Both the position numbers and the translations under genes were made by a program. A stretch of DNA of 63,868 bases, counting the filler, from Craspedostauros australis (lineage: Eukaryota), in the NCBI GenBank assembly GCA_030167865.1. It is 20 parts of 20 records of this genome, joined end to end, with 100 filler letters (N's around TTAATTAATTAA, not from the genome) between each part and the next. Parts side by side here need not be neighbours in the genome. Positions count along the whole stretch, not along the records: positions 38,522 to 39,851 come from JALAGF010002728.1; positions 39,952 to 42,150 come from JALAGF010002729.1; positions 42,251 to 54,213 come from JALAGF010002731.1; 17 more parts are not named here. One strand, given 5' to 3'. Of this stretch, positions 38,522 through 49,183 are shown piece after piece (position 1 is the stretch's first letter; the number at the start of each line of letters is the position of its first letter). The notes below the pieces were generated by a model. That model saw only the letters and a list, made by a program, of their open reading frames with translations, ran no database searches and was not told the DNA's origin.

Positions 38522-39851
38522 TCGGTGTACACCAGTTGTCTTGCCCGATGCTCTCGGCGCTTCAATCTGTTTTGTAGATTCAGTCTCCGACTATGAGTCG
38601 GTACGTGAGATCATCTCTCGCTCCTCTCTGTATTCTCTCTCTCTCTCTCTCACCATCGTGTGCTCGTGCTACACGATACTCCGTGTTCGATGCGTGCTCC
38701 GCATTCGACACTCCGTTCATTCAGTACTGGCTTCTACTCCATGAGTACTTACTATTTGAAGTTCACCTTCAGTATCCATGATCTTAGTTGAGATTCAATG
38801 AGGGACAGACTATTACCGAACACGGTATCAACCTGATGGGAGAAATTCTTGTTTTGGCGCGAAATCTTCCGACTTGATCGACCACCAAATCTTTTCTCCT
38901 CCTTTCTCTCCTCCATTCACGAATCCATCATGACTCAAATATGACCGACCTGACTCACACCCCACCTTGGGAACTATATGCTCCTCAGATCCTTTTACTA
39001 CAACATACCTCGATTCCTTCATGCTGATGACTACTGCACCACTGCTGTAGTCTTAACGCGTGTATCCAACCTGCTTCAACTCAAGCAATGGAATCCAAGA
39101 ACCAGCTCCAACCACAGCCACTGCTTCATGGTCGTCACTGCCATGTGCCATGATCTACACTGCAGTGTATCTACATGTGTGGAGAGCNAGGCGCTGTAAT
39201 GACTGTATACCCTGTAGCACTGAACCAAGTACATCAGTGCAGGGTCTCGCCAAGTTGTGTGACATCGTTTCTTCACCCTATTTACACCACAAGCTAACTC
39301 ATAATAATCACAGACAAGGATTAGCTACAAAGCACTCATCTACTCATTGTTACAGTAACAACTCTTCAATAAGTACACCCCTCTTGAACTGCATCACACG
39401 GCTATCCCGAAGCTGGCAGATCCAAGAGACATTCACCACCGATTCGCGCCGACTACGCTCGAATCCTAACTATCTTCATGGGTCATCGTATCTTCGCCTC
39501 CTGCTCTGACTTGGAGACAGCTGTCGACGTGGTGACATGTTGACATCCTGTTGACGTCAGTAGGCGTCCTTCTGCTCTCCAGATGTCACGTTTCATTGGT
39601 GATGCAGTAGTCTGTCAGATGATATCATCATCTGAGGTTTAGTTGGGAAGTACCTCGAGATTCTCTTGGTACCATTGATGCATGGACGGACGATCTTCTG
39701 ATTCTCTCAGAAATCGTTATTTGCAAATTTCCTCCAGAAATCTTGCCCCTTTTCGTGTGTTCCATTCCCCCTGTAATTCTGACGAATCACAGTATACTAT
39801 CGACACGAGTATAGTTATACCGTCCAAGTGCGTATGAGAGAATAGCGGGTG
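38522..39851 (+). mobile_element. LTR family B copy, both ends in gaps, interrupted by element A
   Basis: 38522-38785 plus 39477-39851 is colinear with about 40600-41300. The right part is near-identical to 56323-56530. Confidence 0.85.
38786..39471. mobile_element. Complete 686-bp solo-LTR-like element A with AGTT..AACT termini and 5-bp TSD ATCTT
   Basis: ATCTT at 38781-38785 and 39472-39476. Termini are AGTTGAGATTC and GAATCCTAACT. An empty site is visible in the B copy near 40880. Confidence 0.88.
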
Positions 39852-40289
39852 NNNNNNNNNNNNNNNNNNNNNNNNNNNNNNNNNNNNNNNNNNNNTTAAT
39901 TAATTAANNNNNNNNNNNNNNNNNNNNNNNNNNNNNNNNNNNNNNNNNNNNGGTGTTAGTAGTTTGGAGTCATCCGTTTCCAGATGATTCTTGTTCTGCG
40001 TGGGACCATGTTGGTTGTGTATTGATCCCTGTTGTCATTCCAACTTGTCCAATGCATTTGCAATGTATTTGCTGCAGGCAGGCTTGCAGCAGATACTGTG
40101 ATAACGCCTGATCCACAGCCACTGTTGGGCCTCAAGAAGCCAATCGGCCACATGAATGATGTCATTATGCTTCCGCTGACACTGCATGAGAGTGCCAGCA
40201 TGCACCCTGCGGCATTGGCTGCAGTGGGTCGCCATCAGTGTGTCCACATGGCATGTCATGATGCTCAAAATATCAAGCCATCCCAACAA

Positions 40290-40696
40290 TATGGCGTTTG
40301 ACATCGACATGTTGTCATCTGGCAACAATCCACATGCTGACATCACCTGGAACAGCATGAACGACCAAGAGCAGCTACATGTCTTCGACATCGCTCCTGG
40401 ACATCGTGCTCGTCGCATTCCGTAGTGGCAATCCAGACTGCGGCATTCATATCTCATGGATAACAGCGAACATGAGGTGTGGACCCTGGGCAATGTGGCA
40501 TATTGGCAAATTCCGCTCACGGATACTCTTGCGACTGTTGATGGTGGTGGTGGTGGTTGTTACTATTTCGTTTGCTATTTCATAGCATTGTTCTGGTGCT
40601 TCTCGGAGTCTCCCAATACTCTTGGTGTCTCTCAACTATCGTCCAACTATGAGTTGGCATGTGAGATGCTCTCTCGCTCTTTCTTGTATTCTCTTG

Positions 40697-40744
<48 letters not shown>

Positions 40745-42150
40745 TGTTGGTTCTGCACGATAATCAGTGTTAGATACATACTCTGTATTTGATACATACT
40801 CCATCATTTCGTCCTCTACTGGTGCACTACTCTGTGAGTATTCGCCAATGTCTCATCTGAACTCCTCCTTGCATATCCATGATCTTGATGCCACTTGGTC
40901 ATTGAATCTTTGCCTTCTTGATCTGATGTGGAGACAGATGTTGATGTGGTGACATGATGACATCCTGTTGATGTCAGCTGTCATCTTCCATGATCCTTCA
41001 GATTCCATATTCCATNGATGATGCAGTNGTATGGCNAGGATATCGTCATTTGAGGTTTAGTTGTGAAATACATCGATCCTTGCTCGATGTCATGCATTTC
41101 TGTCAGTTGATGGACAGACAGCATTCCTGATGCTCTCAGAAATGATTGTTCACAAATGTCCTTCCAAAATTCTGATTTTTTGTGCCCGATTTTGTGATGT
41201 GATTTCGATCAACCACAGATCAATCACAGATCACTCACGACACAAATGTTTGCGCCGCTTGTGCGTAGAGCATAAGAGAACAATGGGTGAGCGATGCACA
41301 TACACATATGTACATTCCAACAGGCAAGGCAGCAATCACAGGGCACATATTCATGGCTACTCTGGCTGCTATGGATTTCTGGCTGTTCATTGCTGTCACA
41401 ACCATGGAGAACAAGACCATCTATGGCGCTGACATTTACAATGCATTTGCTGAGGCTTCTTGTGGTGCACAGAAGTACTACATGCCTGTTGATAGCCCCT
41501 TTGCTGAATGGTGACAGTCGTAGGGACGCGCACCCATTCCGTGTGGCTGCATTACTCTCATCAGCAAGAATCTTCAGGGTCATTCCTGAGCACTATGGCA
41601 GTGGGCGGTGCACATCGATGCACAGCTGCAGCACATGGGTTTCAGGCCCATCATGCATACTCTATGCCTATACCGCGGCGCTTACAAAGAACACAACATG
41701 CTCTTTCTATGTCAGGTTGATGACTTTGCCATTGCATGCAGCGATGTAGCGGCTTGCTCCACGATCTGCGATGAGCTTGGATTCGTTCCTGTTCATTCCC
41801 ATGAAATGATTCAGCGTTCTCGAACACTCCATTGGTGCGGATCTGATCTAAACTTCCACACGTGTCTCCATCCACAATAGCACACATCTCAATAAGGTTT
41901 TCAAATGGCATGAGCAGAAGAAGATGAATGGTGCGCTCACTCCAATGGATGATGGCAATGCGCACATACGCAAGCTGGACGATTCTGAAGCCTTGGATGC
42001 ATGCGGCCTCAAGCAGGCACAGACAGACATTGAATGCTATTGTGAGGCTATTGGTGAACTCATCTGTCCTATGATCACCTGTAGGCCAGCCATCGCTTTT
42101 CCCATCGTGAAACTCTTGCAATTCTTGGCGAGGCTGGCCATAGATCATTT
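40290..42150 (+). mobile_element. pol: Degenerate Copia (CoDi-type) pol: IN-RT linker and reverse transcriptase, interrupted by a solo LTR B
   Basis: IYGADIYNAFAEA, CLYRG..LFLCQVDDFAIA (RT YVDD-equivalent) and AIGELICPMITCRP, with stops and frameshifts. Confidence 0.9.
40494..41322 (+). mobile_element. Solo LTR, family B (829 bp, TG..CA, TSD GGCAA)
   Basis: GGCAA at 40489-40493 and 41323-41327. Ends TGTGGC..TCCAACA. Internal (CT)n tract is shared with the 38522 copy. Confidence 0.78.
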
Positions 42151-42250
42151 NNNNNNNNNNNNNNNNNNNNNNNNNNNNNNNNNNNNNNNNNNNNTTAATT
42201 AATTAANNNNNNNNNNNNNNNNNNNNNNNNNNNNNNNNNNNNNNNNNNNN

Positions 42251-43130
42251 TGAGTGTGGTGTGTAGTGTGGTGTGTAGTGTGGTGTGTGAGTGTGGTGTG
42301 TGAGTGTGGTGTGTGTAGTGTGCTGTGTAGTGTGAGGGTGAGTGTGAGGGTGAGTGTGAGGGTGAGTGCGAGGGTGAGTGCGAGGGTGAGTGCAAGGGTG
42401 AGGGTGAGTGCGAGTGCGAGGGTGAGTGCAAGGGTGAGTGCGTGCCATTGCTGCTCATGTGTGTCTTAGGGTGTAGTATCGTCCTTGTATTGTGGGCTAT
42501 CGTGCATTGGCATGTTGTGTGATCAAGTTTTGGCTTTGTGGGCATTGTTCGGGCGCTTGTGTGTGTGTGTGTGTTTTTGCTGCCAGTGTGTTGGGAGCTA
42601 TGAGCAACATTCTTTTTGGGTTGTTGTGCGTTGGGGTGTAGTGAGCTGTGTCTTGATGTGTGATTGGTACTGTCGATTGTTAGGGTGATGCTTTTGTGTC
42701 CTGGATTTTTGTGCTTTGGCCTGTAGTGAGCAGTGTCTTAGTGTATGATGGGTGCTGGAAATTGCTTTGGTTTCGTGCATTTTGTTATCGTGCATAGGTG
42801 TGTAGTGAGCAGTTGGTGTCATGTTGTGCCATGGCCTTGTCTCTGTGCATGGCTTGTGTGTCTTGTGTGTCTTGTGTGTCTTGTGTGTCTTGTGTGTCTT
42901 GTGTGTCTTGTGTGCCTTTGCTACTCGTGTATGGAGGGTTAGGGGTTATTAGTGATGTTGTATCTTGGTTTTTTGTGCATTTCCTTGTTGTGAGCAGTGC
43001 GTGAGCAGTGTATGGGCACTGTATGGGCAGTGTATGGGCAGTGTGTTGTGATTTGGCCATTCAAGCTTGTAGGGAACCATGTGATCAGTGTGTGTGCACT
43101 GTGCGCACCGTCTGTGTGTGTGTGTTGGCC
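42251..43130. repeat. TG-rich low-complexity region with micro/minisatellites (GAGGGTGAGTGY, TGTGTGTCT)
   Basis: 12-bp units at about 42330-42440 and 9-bp units at about 42853-42914. Confidence 0.9.
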
Positions 43131-46050
43131 AGTGAGTGAGGGGCTGGAAGTGACTGCAAGTGTGAAATATTGTGATCCAACATGGTCCATCTTTGAGTCT
43201 GATAATGAACATTGTGAAGTTGCTGGCTGCATGTGATATGGTTGCGGAGCATCGAGCGTGCCATGGGTCATGTGTGAACATTGTTGGATGTGTGATTACC
43301 GCAATTGGCAGTGGTGAGAGAGTATCCAGAAATGTCTGCAAGTGTGAGATGTTAGGGTGTTAGGGTGTTAGGGTGTTAGGGTGTTAGGGTGTTAGGGTGT
43401 TAGGGTGTTAGGGTGTTAGGGTGTTAGGGTGTTAGGGTTTTGTGATCCAACATGGTCCATCCTTGAGCATGACAATGAATATGATTGAGTAGCCAGCTGT
43501 ATGTGCCACGCTTGGTCCATGTCAAGGTAGCTTCGAAGTGTGTATGAGCGTTGTTGGATGTGTGATTACTGCAGTTGGAGGTGTTGAGATATGGGCCGGA
43601 AGTGAGTGCAAGTGTGAGATATTATTGTGATCCAACACGATCCATCATGATCCATCTTTGAGTGAGACAATGATGGTGATGGAGTGATTGGCCGCATGTG
43701 ATACACTTGGGCTATGTCATGCATGGTATGGGCAAGTGCGGCCGTTGTTGGATGTGTGAAATATTGCTGTTGATGGTGTTGAGACATGGGCTGGAAGTGA
43801 CTGCAATTGTGAGATATTATTGTGATCCATCATCCACCATGGTCCATCTTTGAGTGTTACTGTGACAGTGACAATGAGCATCTTGGAGTAGCTGGCCGCA
43901 TGTGCTACGCTTGTATCGTGTCATGAGTGTTTTGGGGCGTGTGTGAGCGTTGATGGTTGTGCCATTACCGCAATTGGCGGTGGTGAGAGAGGATCCGGAA
44001 ATGTGTGCAAGTGTGAGATATTACTTTGATCCAACATGGTCCACCTTTGAGTGAGACAATGATGGTGATGGAGTTGCCAGCCACATATGATACAGATGTG
44101 GTGTATGGTGTATGGTGTATTGTGCGTGCCATGGGGCGTGTGTATGCGATGTTGGATGTGCGAGTATCATTGTTGGTGTTGTTGTGAGAGTGACTGGAAG
44201 CATCTGCATAATTTGAGATTGTGTGATCCATCATGGTCCATCTTTCGAGTGTGAAACTGAACATCGTGGAGTTGCCAGCCACATGTGATACAGACGTGGT
44301 GTATTGTACGCTGTATGTTGTACGTGCTATAGCTATGGAGCGTGTGCATACAATAGACAATGTTGAATGTGTGATGCATTGCATTAGATGGTGTTTGCAG
44401 AGGGACCAGAAATGACAGCATGTGCAAGAAATTGTGCTCCACCATGATCCACATTTGAGTGTGAAGGCAACAACGAGTATCTTTGAGTTGCCGATCGCAT
44501 GTGATATGGATGTAGTGCACTGTGCGTGCCACTGAACATGTGCGAGCGATGTTGGATGTGCAATTATTGCAGTTGATCGTGTTGTGAGAGTGGCCGGAAG
44601 TATTGTGTCTGCAAGTATGTGATTTTGTGAGCCATCTTGGTTCATCTTTGAGTGTTACTGTTACAGTGACAACGAGCATCATGGAGTTGCCGACCGCATG
44701 TGATATGGATGTGATGTATTGTGTATTGTGTGTGCCATGGGGCGTGTGCAAGCAATGTTGGATGTGCGATTATTGCAGTTGTTGGTGTTGTGAGAGGGGC
44801 TGGAAGTGTCTGCTGTTGTGAGAATTCGTGATCCATCATCCATCATCATCCATCATCATCCATCATCATCCATCTTTGAGTGTGACAACGAGTATCATGG
44901 AGTTGCCAAGCGCATGTGATATGGATGTGGTGTATTGTGCGCGCCATGGGACGTGTGTGGGCAATGCTTCAGGTGTGAAGTATCGCAGTTGATCATCTTG
45001 TGAGAGTGGCCAGAAATATCTGCAAGTTTGAGGTTTTGTGATCCATCATCCACCATGATCCATCTTTGAGAGTGACGGTAACAATGAGCATCATGTTGTA
45101 GCTGACCAGATGTGATATGGATGTGGTGTATTGTGCGTGCCATGGTCTGTGTGCTAGCATTGATGTTGGATGTGCAATTATTGCAGTTGATCGTCTTGTG
45201 AGAGTGGCTGGAAGTATCTGCAAGTTTGAGGTGTTGCGATCCATCATGGTCCATCATGATCCATCTTGAACGTGACAGTAACAATGAGCATCATGGAGTT
45301 GTTGGCCGCATCTGATACGGATGTACTATGTCATGCGTGCCACCGAACATGTGCGAGTGATGTTGGATGTGCGATTATCGCAGTTGATCGTCTTGTGAGA
45401 GTGGCCGGAAGCGTTGTATCTGCAAGTATGTGATTTTGTGATCCATCTTGGTTCATCCTTGAGCATGTCAATGAGCATCATGAAGTTGCCAACCACATGT
45501 GATATGGAGGTGGTGTATTGTGCATTGCATTGGGCATGTGCAAACGTTGTGAGATGTGCAAGCATTGCAGTTGGTAGTGTTGACAGAGTTAGGGTTAGCC
45601 GGAAGCATTGTATCTGCATGTGTGAGATATTGTGATCCATCATGGTCCATCTTTGAGTGTGACAGTAACAATGGGCATCATGGAGTTGCTGGCCACATGT
45701 GCCACGCTTGTATTGTGTCATGTGTGGTGTGGGACGCCTCCTGGCATTGTTGGATGTGTGACTACTACAATCAGAGGTGTTGAGAGAGAAGCTGGACGCA
45801 ACTGCAAGTGTGAGATATTGTGATCCACCATCCACCATCCACCATCCACCATGGCCCATCTTTGAGTGTGATGGTAACAACGAGCATCATTGAGTGGCTG
45901 GCCACATGTTCCATGCTTGCAGCCGGTCATTCATGGTGTGGGACGCCTCCTGGCGTTGTTGGATGTGTTGTTGGATGTGTTGTTGGATGTGTGACTACTG
46001 CAATCAGAGGTGTTAAGAGAGAAGCCGGAAGTGACTGCAAGTGGGTGCTG
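43130..46050. repeat. Degenerate subtelomeric satellite, about 200-bp unit, about 14 copies
   Basis: The anchor TTGTGATCCA..ATGGTCCATCTTTGAGTG recurs about every 190-210 bp (43171, 43441, 43627, 43822, 44027 ... 45631, 45819). Confidence 0.92.
43350..43437 (+). repeat. Interstitial telomere-variant array (TGTTAGGG)11
   Basis: 11 perfect 8-mers, with the G-strand in the same orientation as the terminal telomere. Confidence 0.97.
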
Positions 46051-46189
46051 TGTGGAGAGTGATGGCAGTTGCTGTGCATTCCATTTGAGCGTATGAGTTG
46101 TGTATGGCTAATGGAATTGTATTGATAGTGTGTCAGCTGCTCTACAGTGTGTTCCAACCGTGTGTGGAGAGTGTGATAGGTGCTTCGAA

Positions 46190-46358
46190 TGTGTGTGTAT
46201 GTGTGTGTATGTGTGTGTATGTGTGTGTATGTGTGAGTGTGTGTGAGTGTGTGTGAGTGTGTGTGAGTGTGTGTGAGTGTGTGTGAGTGTGTGTGAATGA
46301 GTGTGAGTGTGTGTGAATGAGTGTGAGTGTGTGTGAATGAGTGTGAGTGTGTGTGAGT
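46190..46358. repeat. (TGTGTGTA/TGTGTGAG-type) microsatellite
   Basis: Direct reading. A counterpart lies at 53020-53200. Confidence 0.95.
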
Positions 46359-47685
46359 GATGAATTTGTATCAAGGGTTAGGTTGGGCGATACTTTTAGG
46401 AGTTAGTCGCACGGTTGGGGGTGGGGTTTAGGAATAGATACCTGCTAATTTTCATTGTGCTGTGAGTGATGAAAAGGGTTTCAGCATTTTGAACTTGTGG
46501 CAAGGGTGAATGGCTGATGAATTTGTATCAAGGGTTGGGTGGGCAATACTTGCAGCAGTTAGTTGTGTGGTTGGGGGTGGGGTATAGGAATAGATATCAG
46601 CCAATGTGTGTTGTATGGTGAGTGATGAAAAGGGTTAGGGTGTTCCAGCATTTTGAACTTGTGGCAAGGGTGAATGGCTGATGAATTTGTTAGAGTGTTA
46701 ATGTGCGATGAATTGGTATCAAGGGTTAGTTTGGGCAATACTTGCAGCAGTTAGTTGTGTGGTTGGGGGTTAGGGTATGGGGTATAGGAATGGATATTGG
46801 CCAATATGTGTTGTGCCGTGAGTGATGAAAAGGGTTACAGCATTTTGAACTTGTGGCAAGGGTTAATGTGCGATGAATTGGTATCAAGGGTTAGTTGGGG
46901 CAATACTTGCAGCAGTTAGTCGCGTGGTTGGGGGTGGGGTATAGGAATAGAAATCAGCCAATGTGTGTTGTATGGTGAGTGATGAAAAGGGTTCCAGCAT
47001 TTTGAACTTGTGGCAAGGGTTAATGGGTGATGAATTGGTATCAAGGGTTAATGTGTTAATGTGTTAATGTGTTAATGTGTTAATGTGTTAATGTGTTAAT
47101 GTGTGATGAATTTGTATCAAGGGTTAGGTTGGCAATACTTTTAGGAGTTAGTTGCGTGGTTGGGGGTGGGGTATAGGAATAGAAATCAGCTAATGTGCGT
47201 TGTATGGTGAGGGATGAAAAGGGTTACAGCATTTTGAACTTGTGGCAAGGGTTAATGTGCGATGAATTGGTATCAAGGGTTAGTTTGGGCAATACTTGCA
47301 GCAGTTAGTTGCGTGGTTGGGGGTGGGGTATAGGAATAGATATCGGCCAATGTGTGTTGTATGGTGAGTGATGAAAAGGGTTCCAGCATTTTGAACTTGT
47401 GGCAAGGGTGAATGGGTGATGAATTGGTATCAAGGGTTAGTTGGGGCAATACTTGTAGCAGTTAGTTGCGTGGTTGGGGGTGGGGTATAGGAATAGAAAT
47501 CAGCCAATGTGTGTTGTATGGTGAGTGATGAAAAGGGTTCCAGCATTTTGAACTTGTGGCAAGGGTTAATGGGTGATGATTTGGTATCAAGGGTTAGTTG
47601 GGGCAATACTTGCAGCAGTTAGTTGCATGGTTGGGGGTGGGGTATAGGAATAGATTTTGGCCAATGTGTGTTGTGCTGTGAGTGA
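46358..47685. repeat. 157-bp telomere-associated satellite, 8 copies
   Basis: GGTTGGGGGT anchors at 46413, 46569, 46761, 46926, 47158, 47315, 47472 and 47629. The core spacing is 157 bp; longer units carry short expansions. Confidence 0.95.
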
Positions 47686-48176
47686 TGGCAATTGATGTAC
47701 ATTCCATTTTGGATGTACGAGTTGTGTTTGGCTTTGCAACATCATGAGTGAGCTATGTTCCAACCATGTGTCAACCGTGTGGACAGTGTGTGCGGTGTTT
47801 GGAGTGTGTGCATGTGCTGCGGGTCGAGATCAGCCAGTTGTTGTTGTGGGTTGAGTGATGGCCATTGCTGTACACTGCATTTTGGTAGAGTGAGTTGTAT
47901 ATAGCTTGCAGAACTGTGTGTCAACCATTGTCAACCATGTTGTCAGTGTGCAAGGTGGCTGGAGTGTGTGCATGGGCTGTGACTGCACACATCTCAGTGT
48001 GAATTATGTGGTGGATGATGGAAATGGCTGTGCCTTGCATTTTGGGTTGTCCGCAGCGTGAACCATTATGTGTGAGCTGTATGTGAGCTGTGTGTGAGCC
48101 ATTTGTGAGCCATATGTGAGTCATGTGTGAGTAGTGTGTGAGCTTGGTGCAACCAATGGGTTACCTACTTGACAGT

Positions 48177-48920
48177 TGTTGGAAATCCGGGGTTCTAGTC
48201 AGCATGAATCTAAGCTGTTATTAGATCATACCGTTTTAGAACTGTGAGCACATCCTCACTCTCACTCTCTCTTTCAATTTCAATTTCATTGTAGGTGTTC
48301 TCTGTGGTGTCATAGCGAGGCGTCATTGTATTCCTGAAAATATTCAATGTGTCTTGCTCATGCATCCTCCTGCACCTTCTATCATGCCCTCGCCCTGATG
48401 CTTCATCGTCTGCATCTGCACACTCTTACCCTTCCACATATGTGTGGTAGGGGTCCACAGTCCTGCATGCTATCTTGTCATATATTTCAGCTCTTTACCT
48501 TGTGACATCTTGTTTCTACTTGTTTACAATTGCTGTCACCCTCAGTGATGTCCCAAACCTGCGGTCATTCTGACCCTTTCTGAAGTGCCAAACCTGCAGC
48601 TGTTCTTGTCTGTAGGAGGGGCGCGTGCTGTCCTCCCAGATGGAATGAAGCTCTTGCTCACTGCCCTAGTGATGCTGTTGTTTGTTTCATTGTCTTGTTT
48701 GGGTTGGCGTCAGGACATCCTGTCAAGCGTCGTCATGGTTGTTCTTGATTCATGAGGACAGGCTGTTTTTCCTGGTTCACGAGTGTGATGAGTAGGACGC
48801 GAATGTGTGATGGATAGTGGACAATCATGTGATGAATAATGCCCAAAGGTGTGATGAATAATCTTGGGAGGTGCAGCAATCATGGGTATTTTGACAAAGT
48901 CGAACCCTCGATTCCTAACA
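48177..48920. mobile_element. Solo-LTR-like element C (744 bp, TG..CA) with 6-bp TSD GACAGT
   Basis: GACAGT at 48171-48176 and 48921-48926. 19-bp imperfect terminal inverted repeat. The right end is homologous to 62860-63056. Confidence 0.85.
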
Positions 48921-49183
48921 GACAGTGTGAAGAGTGGTGGGTGCGGACGATAGCCTCGAACTCGCGTTATTCGTTTTCTTGCGCCATTTGAACAGTATGT
49001 GTGCTGTGTGCGCAGTTCAAGAGCTGTGTTTCAGTGTGGGGTGAACAGTGTGCTAGCCTTTTGAGCTGTGTGGTGAGATGGTAATCGATATATATATATA
49101 TATTATTGTGCTATGATGTTGATGTGGAAAGTGTGACGCATGGACCTCGCTGAGACTGATTCATGGTTGCTGAGTGTGTGCAT

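Noticed and set aside
13204..42150. Functional gene cluster linking peroxiredoxin, LHC-like, Cys-rich and M11 genes
   Set aside because: They lie on different concatenated contigs. Only M11-like and GT61 share a contig, and nothing beyond adjacency links them.
42195..46374. His/Thr-rich ORFs (THTHSH, MMDHDGSQ), also at 52422-53264
   Set aside because: Translations of CA-strand microsatellite and satellite DNA that lacks stops by composition.
46358..47685. CRISPR-like array
   Set aside because: The whole 157-bp unit repeats with no unique spacers, there are no cas genes, and the context is a eukaryotic subtelomere.
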